Positions 9,211-18,125 of a stretch of DNA of 64,000 nt are shown piece after piece. The notes below the pieces were generated by a model that saw nothing but the letters and a program-made list of their open reading frames with translations, was not told where the DNA came from and did not search any database. Within the stretch, counting starts at the first letter, position 1; every line of letters begins with the position of its first letter. The translations under genes and the position numbers were made by a program. Source of the DNA: a virus (taxonomy: Duplodnaviria; Caudoviricetes); the IMG/VR virus record IMGVR_UViG_3300032092_000001; one strand, given 5' to 3'.

Positions 9211-9365
9211 AATATACAAAGATAGTAAAATTCCCAAAATTTTCCAAAAATTTATTTTTACTTTTACCACGCTTTTATATATGAAGGGGTCGTGTTCCAT
9301 AAAAAAGAAACCCCCTGAATAAATCCAAGGGGTCAGTCCAACAATACTATCATTGGAGAGGAATA

Positions 9366-9656
9366 TTATATATAATTAACGTCGTGTGGACCCAAACCTT
9401 TACCCCATCCTTGTGGAGCAACAATGAAAATAATCTGTTTACCATCAGAGATTAATGAAACATTCCCCTTTGTATAATATTGGTAACCTGTATATTTTTC
9501 TATTAATTTATTCACCACATCTCTTTGTTTCCCTGTTAATTTATTAACATCACCCAAAACATATCCTTTCTTAATAAGAATATCATTTTGTTCCGAAATA
9601 ACCCTTTTAACTATTTTAACTAAATCCGATTCCGTTAATCTTACAACTTTTTTCAT
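9366..9656 (-). CDS. LTESDL-leader protein
   Basis: Leader present; TATTTATA at 9673-9680. Confidence 0.75.
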   Translation of the reverse strand: MKKVVRLTESDLVKIVKRVISEQNDILIKKGYVLGDVNKLTGKQRDVVNKLIEKYTGYQYYTKGNVSLISDGKQIIFIVAPQGWGKGLGPHDVNYI

Positions 9657-9772
9657 AATATATAATGTTTACTATAAATACAAAAAATTTCCAAAAATTT
9701 ATTTTTCATATATAGTAAACATTTTAAAACAAGGGGTCCCTTTTTTATAAATTTTTTTCCAGGATTTTTTAG

Positions 9773-9915
9773 AGGGGATTAACCCCCCTTTCTACCCCAA
9801 AAAACCCCTATAAAAGGGGGGATACGGGAGGGGGGACCCCCTATGTGGGGATATAAGGGGAGGGGTACCCATATATAGGGGGGAGTGTTAATAACTTTTC
9901 ATAACTCCTCCCCCC
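9773..9915. other. G/C-tract palindrome and G-quadruplex-like cluster, origin-like
   Basis: Seven G-runs in 9816-9883; nested inverted repeats. Confidence 0.5.
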
Positions 9916-9924
9916 ACGTGTTAA

Positions 9925-10200
9925 TTACTTTTTAGATAGTTCAAATAGTAGGAAGTCAATCTCATCCTTCTCCACATAACCTTTCACATCATCGTGGTCA
10001 GATAGTTTAATCCACTCACTTGAGTCGGTATACCATGCAGCCACTTCAAAGGTATCTATACCATCACCATATAATGTTGAACCACCGACAATAGATACAG
10101 TAATGTTGTTGGGGAGATTAAGTAATCCCTGAACACCACCCTTCACAACTCTGTGGGGTTTGAATTCTATATCCTTAAATGTTAGGGGTCTTACTTTCAT
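9925..10200 (-). CDS. hypothetical phage protein
   Basis: TATATTTG at 10206-10213; SIVGG..LYGDG..TFEVA motif. Confidence 0.7.
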   Translation of the reverse strand: MKVRPLTFKDIEFKPHRVVKGGVQGLLNLPNNITVSIVGGSTLYGDGIDTFEVAAWYTDSSEWIKLSDHDDVKGYVEKDEIDFLLFELSKK

Positions 10201-10611
10201 GGATACAAATATACAACAATATTATTCCCCCACCAAAAAAATACATACAAAAATAAATTTGTTTATATAGATTATTCTTCATATCTTTGTGATGGTGCTT
10301 TATATTTTCCCTTTGTCTTGGGGGACAACTTTATAGTATAAGGCAGGTTGGAGTATACTCGGTCCCGATGTTATCGTTACAATAGTACAAAGGTACGGTG
10401 AACTTTTTTAATATCCTATTTTTTTGTTTCATATTTTTGTTGTACCTTAGCTCTAACGTACTTCATAATGATGAGGGGATAAAGGGCTGCTGTCTGTAAG
10501 ATAGTTGGAGTGTGTACTCCACCCTGCTTAATTAAAAAATAAATAAGATTTTTCTTGTGTATAAGGAATCCCCGCCGTATATTTGTAAAACAATCAAACA
10601 CCACTACTACC

Positions 10612-11031
10612 ATGAAAATCACCCAAGATAAGAAGTCAACCAAGTTAGTTAAGAAGTTCTTACAGAAGACCAACTCCTTAATCATCAAAGATACATGGCA
10701 TGGTTTCGGTGATGTATCAATCCGTGTTGTATCAGTTGGGGAAACCGACAAATACAGTTGGAAGGACCAACAGTATGGTCGTGTGTTGAACATTGAGATA
10801 ACCATGAAGAAGACGGGTTACCACTTCAGTGAAAACAGAATCCCATCCAAGTATGCTTGGGGAGAAACTCAAATAGCTTTCTACAAAAAGAGAAAGTCCA
10901 ATGTTGAGTATAACTTCACCAAGACAATTCAGAAAACCAAAATCCCCGTGTTCTTCACAATGGCAGGAATTCCTACCCCAAGATATGGTGAGGACTTCAT
11001 GGGTAAAGTATCATTCAAATATATTGACTAA
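10612..11031 (+). CDS. basic hypothetical protein (start revised to MKITQDKK)
   Basis: TATATTTG at 10578-10585. Confidence 0.65.
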   Translation: MKITQDKKSTKLVKKFLQKTNSLIIKDTWHGFGDVSIRVVSVGETDKYSWKDQQYGRVLNIEITMKKTGYHFSENRIPSKYAWGETQIAFYKKRKSNVEYNFTKTIQKTKIPVFFTMAGIPTPRYGEDFMGKVSFKYID

Positions 11032-11032
11032 T

Positions 11033-11425
11033 ATGAAACTAAAAGATAAGTGCAACAAATACACAACCCCTGAGCTTAGAAAGATGGGGATTAAAGTTCT
11101 ATCTCTTGTTAGAAAGAAACTTGGTCATGGAAACAAACCTGTCCCCAAGTTTAAAATTAACAATGGGTTATCCCATTCATATGGTTGTTATGATTATGAC
11201 TATACCATTACAATCAACCCCTCAAATTGTGGTACCATGGAAATGTTCGTGAGAACAATCATTCATGAATATACTCACCACATACAGAAGGGGTTAAAAA
11301 GAAACTACACCTCATCCGTTAATCGTGATGGATATTATGATTCCCCCTTTGAAGTGGAAGCTAGAGGAAATGAAAAAAAGTATAAGAGTGTTATTTGGAA
11401 AGAATTTAAACAATCAGTGTCTTAA
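11033..11425 (+). CDS. zincin-like HExxH protein (start revised to MKLKDK)
   Basis: TIIHEYTHHIQ followed by PFEVEAR. Confidence 0.65.
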   Translation: MKLKDKCNKYTTPELRKMGIKVLSLVRKKLGHGNKPVPKFKINNGLSHSYGCYDYDYTITINPSNCGTMEMFVRTIIHEYTHHIQKGLKRNYTSSVNRDGYYDSPFEVEARGNEKKYKSVIWKEFKQSVS

Positions 11426-11663
11426 CATAAGTGGTGATTGTAACAAGTGGACTCTCTTCCCCCTTGAATAATTCTGAATAATCAGGGGATAATTTATAAC
11501 TCCTTAGTATATACTGACTACCTTGAAGAGGGGTTTTCATCTGTATAAACTCCATTGTCCCCACCTTCTTACCCTCATAGTATAGATGTACCACCTTAAA
11601 GTCCCTTAAAGTGTCAGTCATTATCCTTGTGTTTTTTAATACAATGTCCACTGTTGGTATCAT
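11406..11663 (-). CDS. hypothetical protein
   Basis: 85-aa ORF convergent with the HExxH gene. Confidence 0.5.
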   Translation of the reverse strand: MIPTVDIVLKNTRIMTDTLRDFKVVHLYYEGKKVGTMEFIQMKTPLQGSQYILRSYKLSPDYSELFKGEESPLVTITTYVKTLIV

Positions 11664-12458
11664 AAGGGGTAATTGTTAATAACTTTATTTGTTAAAAAAC
11701 TTGATTTTGTCAAAATGTCAGGGGAGCGTCAGATGGGGGATGGTCCCTTTCACCACTTTTAGACATATTAACTATAATAAATATCCCCCATATTGTCTAT
11801 AATATAGGTGTATTAAATTTACCACTTTTTCCCACTGACGTATATGTGAGAGGGGTTTTTGATTATATAAAAAGTGAAAAAAGTGGTCCTGTAGATAGCG
11901 TCAGAGGGGTTTTTTTTACTATATAGATATTCCAGATAAAAAAAGAGTATGTTAATAAATGAGCGTGGACAGACTTTAGTCGTTACAATCTTCAACGAAA
12001 AAAGGGATTTTATTGTGTCTTCAAGGGGGTTTTTCATATTACCCCTTTCAAATATAGACACATTATATGGACAATTATAGTGGTGGTAAAAAGTGGGACA
12101 TAATGAGTCATATAACGGATAAACCTGTAGGTTTATGTTCCCTATAAGTCACATTGTCCCTTACGTATTCCACCATTTATATATGGGGAATGAATAACAT
12201 CACCTATCATATACTCATTCATTTATACCTGTAGGTATAATACCTTTTAGTATATAGAATGATTATTCACATATGGAACTATAATGTCCCCTTATACTAT
12301 GTGTCTTTCATTAGGGGTTCTTATATATGGGGGAAATTAGGAAGTAAATAAACGAATGTACCCATTAGTGTAATGGACCGAAGGGGAATGGAACGACACG
12401 ATAGTGGAATGGGGGAGTGAGTTTATTTAGTTCGTAATTTCATTATATTTATTATCAT
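11664..12458. other. long non-coding region with paired 18-bp palindromes
   Basis: ATAAACCTGTAGGTTTAT at 12119-12136 and TTATACCTGTAGGTATAA at 12223-12240. Confidence 0.55.
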
Positions 12459-12737
12459 ATGAAATACATTATCACAGAATCACAGTTAGATACATTTTTA
12501 CTTAGGAGGTTTACAATGGATGAATTGGAATCACTTAGGGATGATTATAACTATATTATGGATGACGAAGATTTTGAAGACTCTGCCGATAGAGATGACT
12601 ACGCTTATGAACTACTTGAAAAGTTCATTGATAGACATAGAAGTGAGGAGTTTTTACAATATGATAATGACACTGAATTCTATGAAAACCGTGCCGATTA
12701 TATTAGGGCGTTACTTAAATTCTTACATTCTAATTAA
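12459..12737 (+). CDS. ITESQ-leader acidic protein
   Basis: MKYIITESQL; TATTTAT upstream. Confidence 0.7.
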   Translation: MKYIITESQLDTFLLRRFTMDELESLRDDYNYIMDDEDFEDSADRDDYAYELLEKFIDRHRSEEFLQYDNDTEFYENRADYIRALLKFLHSN

Positions 12738-12741
12738 TTAA

Positions 12742-12749
12742 TATTTATA
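12742..12749 (+). promoter_or_regulatory. phage TATTTATA promoter-like element (representative copy, probably late)
   Basis: Also at 13522, 16357, 16702 (+) and 5083, 7296, 9673, 19756, 50569, 51693, 59185, 61764 (-), 4-16 nt before ATG. Confidence 0.7.
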
Positions 12750-12753
12750 TATA

Positions 12754-13107
12754 ATGAAATACCTTATCACCGAATCACAAATTGATAGAGTAGTGTCCAT
12801 ATACTTGAATAATCAGGACTTTGTGATATATGACAACAAGAAGAAATTCAATAATTATATATATTTCTTAAACAGTGAGTCAGATAGGGAATCGCAGATT
12901 AGTGTTTATACTAACAACGCTTTTGGTGAAGTTAGGAATTGGGTGTTTGTAAATTCTGATTTGATTGAGGAATTATCTACCTTCTTCTCCATAGATAGAT
13001 TGGATTGTTTGAATATAATCAAAATGTGGGTTAATAATACTTTGGGTATTAGTGATAGTACGATTTGGGATGGTCCATATGATTACAGATTAATGGTTAA
13101 CGAATAA
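12754..13107 (+). CDS. ITESQ/DNQDF paralog family member
   Basis: MKYLITESQ..YLNNQDF...STFFS...WV. Confidence 0.8.
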   Translation: MKYLITESQIDRVVSIYLNNQDFVIYDNKKKFNNYIYFLNSESDRESQISVYTNNAFGEVRNWVFVNSDLIEELSTFFSIDRLDCLNIIKMWVNNTLGISDSTIWDGPYDYRLMVNE

Positions 13108-13517
13108 TGAAAGTAATAATCACTGAAAGTCAAGGTAAGAAAACTCTTAAACCATTATTGGCGAAATTTGGTATGCGTACTCTGTGTAAAATGACAGGTA
13201 AGTCAGTTAAAGATGTTATTAATGAAGCAGGTATTAAGGGAACTAAAGAAGATATTATCTTTCTAACAAAAACTATAATTGAGAATGACCTCTCATCCGT
13301 CTTAACATATTGTAATTATAATATCATACCCACTCAGTACTCTATGGATTTGGTTGTCTATATACCTAAGCCGGCTCCTGAAAATGTGGGAAGGTATATG
13401 TTTGACCAAGGTACAAGGAATGTGTATAGAGATGCTATCTCCGAGGCTTTATATAAATTAGGTGGCGGTTTAATTAAAGGTCATAATATTGAGGTTCATA
13501 ATACAGGTAACTGTTAA
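13107..13517 (+). CDS. ITESQ-leader protein
   Basis: MKVIITESQ; translationally coupled. Confidence 0.7.
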   Translation: MKVIITESQGKKTLKPLLAKFGMRTLCKMTGKSVKDVINEAGIKGTKEDIIFLTKTIIENDLSSVLTYCNYNIIPTQYSMDLVVYIPKPAPENVGRYMFDQGTRNVYRDAISEALYKLGGGLIKGHNIEVHNTGNC

Positions 13518-13533
13518 CTAATATTTATATATA

Positions 13534-13866
13534 GTGAAATATCTTATAACCGAATCACAGATAGACAAAGTAATCTTTAGGTACTTGGACAATCAGGACT
13601 TTATTCCAATAGAAAAGGGTGATAATATATACTTTGTAAATTCAGAAGGAGATGAATATGCTCAAATCAGATATGATAAAGATGATGGTTGGTGTTATAT
13701 ATCTTGGAAGTTAGTTAATGAAATTTATTCTTTCTTTTCTTTGGAAGAATATGATTCCGAACAAGTTATTGGTAGGTGGGTTGAGAATACCCTACAGATG
13801 AGGGTCACTGACACCGTGCCCATTTTTAATCCGGATAATCCTTCGTTGATAATACCCTCTAACTAA
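13534..13866 (+). CDS. ITESQ/DNQDF paralog family member
   Basis: GTG start; ends in a repeat-spacer-partial repeat unit. Confidence 0.8.
   Translation: MKYLITESQIDKVIFRYLDNQDFIPIEKGDNIYFVNSEGDEYAQIRYDKDDGWCYISWKLVNEIYSFFSLEEYDSEQVIGRWVENTLQMRVTDTVPIFNPDNPSLIIPSN
13780..13866 (+). repeat. CRISPR-geometry unit: 36-nt repeat, 29-nt spacer, partial repeat
   Basis: GTTGAGAATACCCTACAGATGAGGGTCACTGACACC at 13780-13815; GTTGATAATACCCTCTAACTAA from 13845. Confidence 0.7.
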
Positions 13867-14578
13867 TAGTAATAATCTTCCACTCCCCATTGTAATCTTC
13901 CACAAGACAAGTGGAGTTCTCACAAAAATCACCTGAATTCATATAGTCATTCTCTAACTTCGGATGATGAATATGTCCACACACCGCAACATCATATCCC
14001 TTCTGTTTCGTTAACCCTTTTGCGTTTTCCTCAAAATCAGATACAAAGTTAATTGCCCCTTTAACAGATTGCTTTATTGTGTTTGCCAGTGAATGATATG
14101 GTAAGTTAAACCACTTTCTTATTTTGTTGTATAGGGTATTAAACTTAATGACAATATCATATGACCATCCACCAATTACTGCTAACCATCTTGCTTCCAT
14201 TATAACGAAATCCAACACATCCCCGTGAAAACAAAAGTATGTTCTCCCATCTATTCCTTCGTGCACATATTTCCTCACAATCCTTATATTGTTTAACTTA
14301 AACGGAATGAAATCTTTTAGGAAGTCATCGTGGTTTCCCCTTATATAAATCACCTTTGTGTCCTTCTCTGACATCTTCATAAACTTCCTGAATATCTTGG
14401 TGCAATCCTTTGTCCATTTACCATTCCCCTTTAATGCCCAACCATCTATTATATCTCCGTTTAATATTAACTTATCCGCTTGGTTTTCCTCTATGAACTT
14501 TATTATCTTATCCGTTTGTGATTGTCTTGCACCCAAATGTAAATCACTCATTATGATTGTTCTGTATCTCATTTCCAA
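13859..14578 (-). CDS. UDP-2,3-diacylglucosamine hydrolase-like metallophosphoesterase
   Basis: SDLHLG, GDIID, RGNHD, FHGD, CGHIH motifs. Confidence 0.85.
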   Translation of the reverse strand: MEMRYRTIIMSDLHLGARQSQTDKIIKFIEENQADKLILNGDIIDGWALKGNGKWTKDCTKIFRKFMKMSEKDTKVIYIRGNHDDFLKDFIPFKLNNIRIVRKYVHEGIDGRTYFCFHGDVLDFVIMEARWLAVIGGWSYDIVIKFNTLYNKIRKWFNLPYHSLANTIKQSVKGAINFVSDFEENAKGLTKQKGYDVAVCGHIHHPKLENDYMNSGDFCENSTCLVEDYNGEWKIITIS

Positions 14579-15273
14579 TATGAATTATGGTTGGAAAAAT
14601 ATCCCTTGTTATTTCTGTTGAAGAATGACTGTATCATTAACTTTGTCATATACCATAATCCCTTATTCTCAAATCTTCTTGGTAATGTGAATATGGTTTT
14701 CCTATATACCTTGAACTTATTTGTCTTTATCTGCTTTGATAGTAAGTAATCCTCCGCAACCTTTGCTTCTTCATCAAATCCATTTAGTGAATTGAATGTA
14801 GATTTCCTTATTAACATAAATCCACCGAGACAGAATGGTGTAATATATCTTGTTATTCCCTGAATTAAATCAAATGTCCTAAATACATAATTGTATTTTC
14901 CATTTGTTGTTCTTACCTTTGTTGTCAGTAAATCCAACCTTTCTTTTGTCATCATATACATGCACTCTTGTAACAAGTTTGTGTCAAGTATCATCATGTC
15001 CGCATCCATAAACAATACAAACGGAGTTTCAGCTCGTTCTGCCCCGTTATTTCTTGCTTTGCTAGGTAATCCACCCTGAATGATGTCAAGATTGAAATAA
15101 TCCCTGTTTCTGTTCTCCAAATGGTATGTTGTTCCATCATCCGATGAGTCGGAAACAATAACCTTAACTCCGTCAATACCATTTTGGAAATTTAATAGTG
15201 TTATAGTTTGATTGATAGTTATCCCCTCGTTCTTACAAGGTATAACAATGGTTAATAACTTTGATAGTTCCAT
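14569..15273 (-). CDS. glycosyltransferase family 2
   Basis: IVIPCKNE, FMDAD, GGFMLIR..GFDE..AED motifs. Confidence 0.9.
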   Translation of the reverse strand: MELSKLLTIVIPCKNEGITINQTITLLNFQNGIDGVKVIVSDSSDDGTTYHLENRNRDYFNLDIIQGGLPSKARNNGAERAETPFVLFMDADMMILDTNLLQECMYMMTKERLDLLTTKVRTTNGKYNYVFRTFDLIQGITRYITPFCLGGFMLIRKSTFNSLNGFDEEAKVAEDYLLSKQIKTNKFKVYRKTIFTLPRRFENKGLWYMTKLMIQSFFNRNNKGYFSNHNSYWK

Positions 15274-15382
15274 TTATATAAGTATTGGAAGTAAAGACCA
15301 AACCATATTATCATATTCTTATGAAATTATTAACTCAATATGTATAGTTCAATTTTATACTTATCTTTGTATTTATTATCAT

Positions 15383-15700
15383 ATGAAGATTGAGAATAAA
15401 GTTAATGCAATTGTAAAACTAATTAATACATTATACTCACCTGACGAGATTAAAGTTAGAAAGAGTGAATATGATGATGAGATATTAATTGATGTTTACT
15501 TTTCTCATATTGATGATTCATATATAACCAACTCTGACTATTATGACCTTAAAAAATTAAAACAACAAAATTTTGAGGGTGAGATTAGAAGGACGATACA
15601 GGACTTCTTGAGTATTAAAACAAGCGGATTAAACCCACATACAGGTTTCTCCCCATACGAGGTTCACGGTATAACAATAGACGTAAGATTAACTAAATGA
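15383..15700 (+). CDS. hypothetical protein (start revised to MKIENKV)
   Basis: Tandem TATCTTTG (15362) and TATTTAT (15370) upstream. Confidence 0.65.
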   Translation: MKIENKVNAIVKLINTLYSPDEIKVRKSEYDDEILIDVYFSHIDDSYITNSDYYDLKKLKQQNFEGEIRRTIQDFLSIKTSGLNPHTGFSPYEVHGITIDVRLTK

Positions 15701-16026
15701 AATACCTTATAACAGAATCACAAATAGATAGAATAATCTTTAGGTATCTTGACAATCAGGACTTTATTCTTGTTGGTAATGGTCTCAGTTTATTTTTTAT
15801 TAATTCTGAGGGTGATGAATCAGCTCAAATTAGATATAATAAAGATGATGGTTGGTGTTATATAAACCACGATTTAATTAGGGAGATTACCTCCTTCTTT
15901 TCTATCAAATCATATGAAGCTGAAAAGATTATCAGTAAATGGGTTGAATATGTTTTGGAGATGGAAGTTACTAACATCGGTAAACCTGGATATGTGACCT
16001 CAAACACACTATACTATTCTATATGA
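15697..16026 (+). CDS. ITESQ/DNQDF paralog family member
   Basis: Aligns by eye with 13534..13866. Confidence 0.8.
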   Translation: MKYLITESQIDRIIFRYLDNQDFILVGNGLSLFFINSEGDESAQIRYNKDDGWCYINHDLIREITSFFSIKSYEAEKIISKWVEYVLEMEVTNIGKPGYVTSNTLYYSI

Positions 16027-16334
16027 AATACCTTATAACAGAATCACAATTTGACAAAGTAATATTTAGATACTTAGACAATCAAGATTTTATTCAGATA
16101 GAAAAAGGAAATAAAATATACTTTGTAAATTCAGAAGGGGATGAATATGCTCAAATCAGATATGATAAAGAATATGGTTGGTGTTATATACATTACAAGT
16201 TAGTTGATGAAATTTCTACCTTCTTTTCTTTGGTACGAGATGATTCTAAAGAAGTTATTGGTAGATGGGTTGAGAATACCATCCAGATGAGGGTCACTCA
16301 CACCATAATATGGGTATATATCCAGGTGGAATAG
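16023..16334 (+). CDS. ITESQ/DNQDF paralog family member
   Basis: Stop codon falls inside the spacer of the terminal unit. Confidence 0.8.
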   Translation: MKYLITESQFDKVIFRYLDNQDFIQIEKGNKIYFVNSEGDEYAQIRYDKEYGWCYIHYKLVDEISTFFSLVRDDSKEVIGRWVENTIQMRVTHTIIWVYIQVE

Positions 16335-16356
16335 GTTGAGAATACCCTCTAACTAA
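16269..16356 (+). repeat. CRISPR-geometry unit: 36-nt repeat, 30-nt spacer, partial repeat
   Basis: Repeat 16269-16304 is 33/36 identical to 13780-13815; GTTGAGAATACCCTCTAACTAA from 16335. Confidence 0.7.
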
Positions 16357-16368
16357 TATTTATATATA

Positions 16369-16701
16369 ATGAAATACCTTATAACAGAATCACAATTAGA
16401 TAAAGTAATCTTTAAATACTTAGATAATCAGGACTTCATTCAGATTGAGAAGGGTGATGGTGTATACTTTGTAAATTCAGAAGGTGATGAATATGCTCAG
16501 ATTAGATATTTTAAAAAGGATAACAAATGTGTCATATATACAGGATTAATTGATGAGGTATCTTCTTTCTTTTCTATGCAAGGTTATGATGCTAGAGAAA
16601 CTATAGGTAGATGGGTTGAGGAGACCTTAAAGGTAGATATTGATTATTGTTTGTGGGCATATAACATTAAATCTGAGTGGATGCAGATTCCGTCTAATTA
16701 A
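16369..16701 (+). CDS. ITESQ/DNQDF paralog family member
   Basis: Ends in IPSN like 13534..13866. Confidence 0.8.
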   Translation: MKYLITESQLDKVIFKYLDNQDFIQIEKGDGVYFVNSEGDEYAQIRYFKKDNKCVIYTGLIDEVSSFFSMQGYDARETIGRWVEETLKVDIDYCLWAYNIKSEWMQIPSN

Positions 16702-16714
16702 TATTTATAATAAC

Positions 16715-17071
16715 ATGAAAGTATTAGTCACCGAATCTAAATTAAAAACATTTATTAAGAACAAATTAAATATTGACTTCACAGGCCGTGTGGAGCTTGA
16801 CCCGAGCATATATAAAATACTGAATGATTTTGATTTCTATTTTACTTACGATGGTTTACGAAGAAGACAATTAGGTGATAACTATGGTCCGATGTATCTG
16901 ATAGAATTGGATGATAATCATAAGGTATTATATCAAATGAATTATAGTTCAAACCACCCATTGATTCTTGATAATAGAGGTGATGGATATGAAGAGTCCG
17001 ACTTTATGAATTTACTTGGTATCTCCGCTCTTGGGATAACATTAGAACAATTCCTTGACCTATACATATGA
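16715..17071 (+). CDS. leader protein (start revised to MKVLVTESKL)
   Basis: TATTTATA at 16702-16709. Confidence 0.7.
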   Translation: MKVLVTESKLKTFIKNKLNIDFTGRVELDPSIYKILNDFDFYFTYDGLRRRQLGDNYGPMYLIELDDNHKVLYQMNYSSNHPLILDNRGDGYEESDFMNLLGISALGITLEQFLDLYI

Positions 17072-17367
17072 AATACATTATAACAGAATCACGATTTGAT
17101 AAAGCAGTATTTAAGTATTTGGATAATCAGGACTTTATTAAGGTTAACAAAAAAGAAAACATATTCTTTCTTAATTCTTCAGATGATAAATTATCGGATG
17201 CTCAAATCGCATATGTTAAAACTGATGGTGAGTGTTACATAAAATATGAATTAATGGTAGAGATTTCTGATTTTTTTTCTATTGATGTATATGAGGTCAA
17301 TAAAATCATTGGTAGATGGTTTGAAGATACTCAACAAAGAAGAGTATCATCAATCCATTGGGTGTAA
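17068..17367 (+). CDS. ITESR/DNQDF paralog family member
   Basis: YLDNQDF...IGRWFEDT. Confidence 0.8.
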   Translation: MKYIITESRFDKAVFKYLDNQDFIKVNKKENIFFLNSSDDKLSDAQIAYVKTDGECYIKYELMVEISDFFSIDVYEVNKIIGRWFEDTQQRRVSSIHWV

Positions 17368-17379
17368 TATTTATTCTAT

Positions 17380-17751
17380 ATGAAATATATTATCACAGAA
17401 TCACAACATAAGTTAATCACCGAGCTTGAAAGAACTTGGAGAAATGTTGAGTATACTGAACAATATGAGAAACTTAAACATAAACTTGTTCCTTATTTTG
17501 AGAAGTTGGTTGACTCATATGATGAAAGTGAATTTAGAATTGGTTTATTTGATTCTGAAGGAAAACTAATGATGTTGTATATAAAACAAAGTGGTGAATT
17601 ATATTATAGTAGACACCTTGATAATATGTATGGTGACGCTTTTCCTCATCCCATTTGGCAAGTCCACGGCGATTTCATTCTATCAGATGTATTTAACATA
17701 TACTTCCCCGACTATGAAGTTAAATCAGTTAAAAGTGTAACATTCTCATGA
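17380..17751 (+). CDS. ITESQ-leader protein
   Basis: MKYIITESQH. Confidence 0.7.
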   Translation: MKYIITESQHKLITELERTWRNVEYTEQYEKLKHKLVPYFEKLVDSYDESEFRIGLFDSEGKLMMLYIKQSGELYYSRHLDNMYGDAFPHPIWQVHGDFILSDVFNIYFPDYEVKSVKSVTFS

Positions 17752-18089
17752 AATACCTAATCACCGAATCACAACGAGATAAAGCCGTATTCAAATACTT
17801 GGATAATCAAGATTTTGAAATATCTAAAATTGGTGCCAGTACATACTTTAAACACCCTGATGATGACGGGTTTGCTCAAATTAAATATGGTGGTAATCAC
17901 GCTAATAATGAATTGTGTTTTATCTATATAGATTTAATTAAAGAAATTTCTTCCTTCTTTTCTCTTAACGATTATCAATCTACCAGAGCTGTTGGACAAT
18001 GGGTTAAGAAAACCCTGAACTTGGAGGGTCAAATGTCCAACAAGATAATGCAACTCAAATCGTCATTAAAAATACCAACTGAATATTAA
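17748..18089 (+). CDS. ITESQ/DNQDF paralog family member
   Basis: YLDNQDF...VGQWVKKTL. Confidence 0.8.
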   Translation: MKYLITESQRDKAVFKYLDNQDFEISKIGASTYFKHPDDDGFAQIKYGGNHANNELCFIYIDLIKEISSFFSLNDYQSTRAVGQWVKKTLNLEGQMSNKIMQLKSSLKIPTEY

Positions 18090-18125
18090 TTTGTAGTTCC
18101 ACAATTTTTGTCGTATCTTTGGCTT

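Larger units (their letters stand above)
8887..9740 (+). repeat. three dispersed intergenic copies of TTYCCAAAAATTT...AGGGG(G)TC
   Basis: 8887-8948, 9227-9298, 9682-9740; 19 nt identical at 9241-9259 and 9688-9706. Confidence 0.7.

Noticed and set aside
10416-10805. 129-aa minus-strand ORF
   Set aside because: Antisense to 10612..11031 and runs through its promoter
11819-12061. 80-aa ORF in the non-coding block
   Set aside because: TTG start, homopolymer-driven composition, no promoter of either class
9900-12458. XerCD dif site
   Set aside because: No convincing 28-bp dif with a TTATGTTAAAT-like arm found by eye
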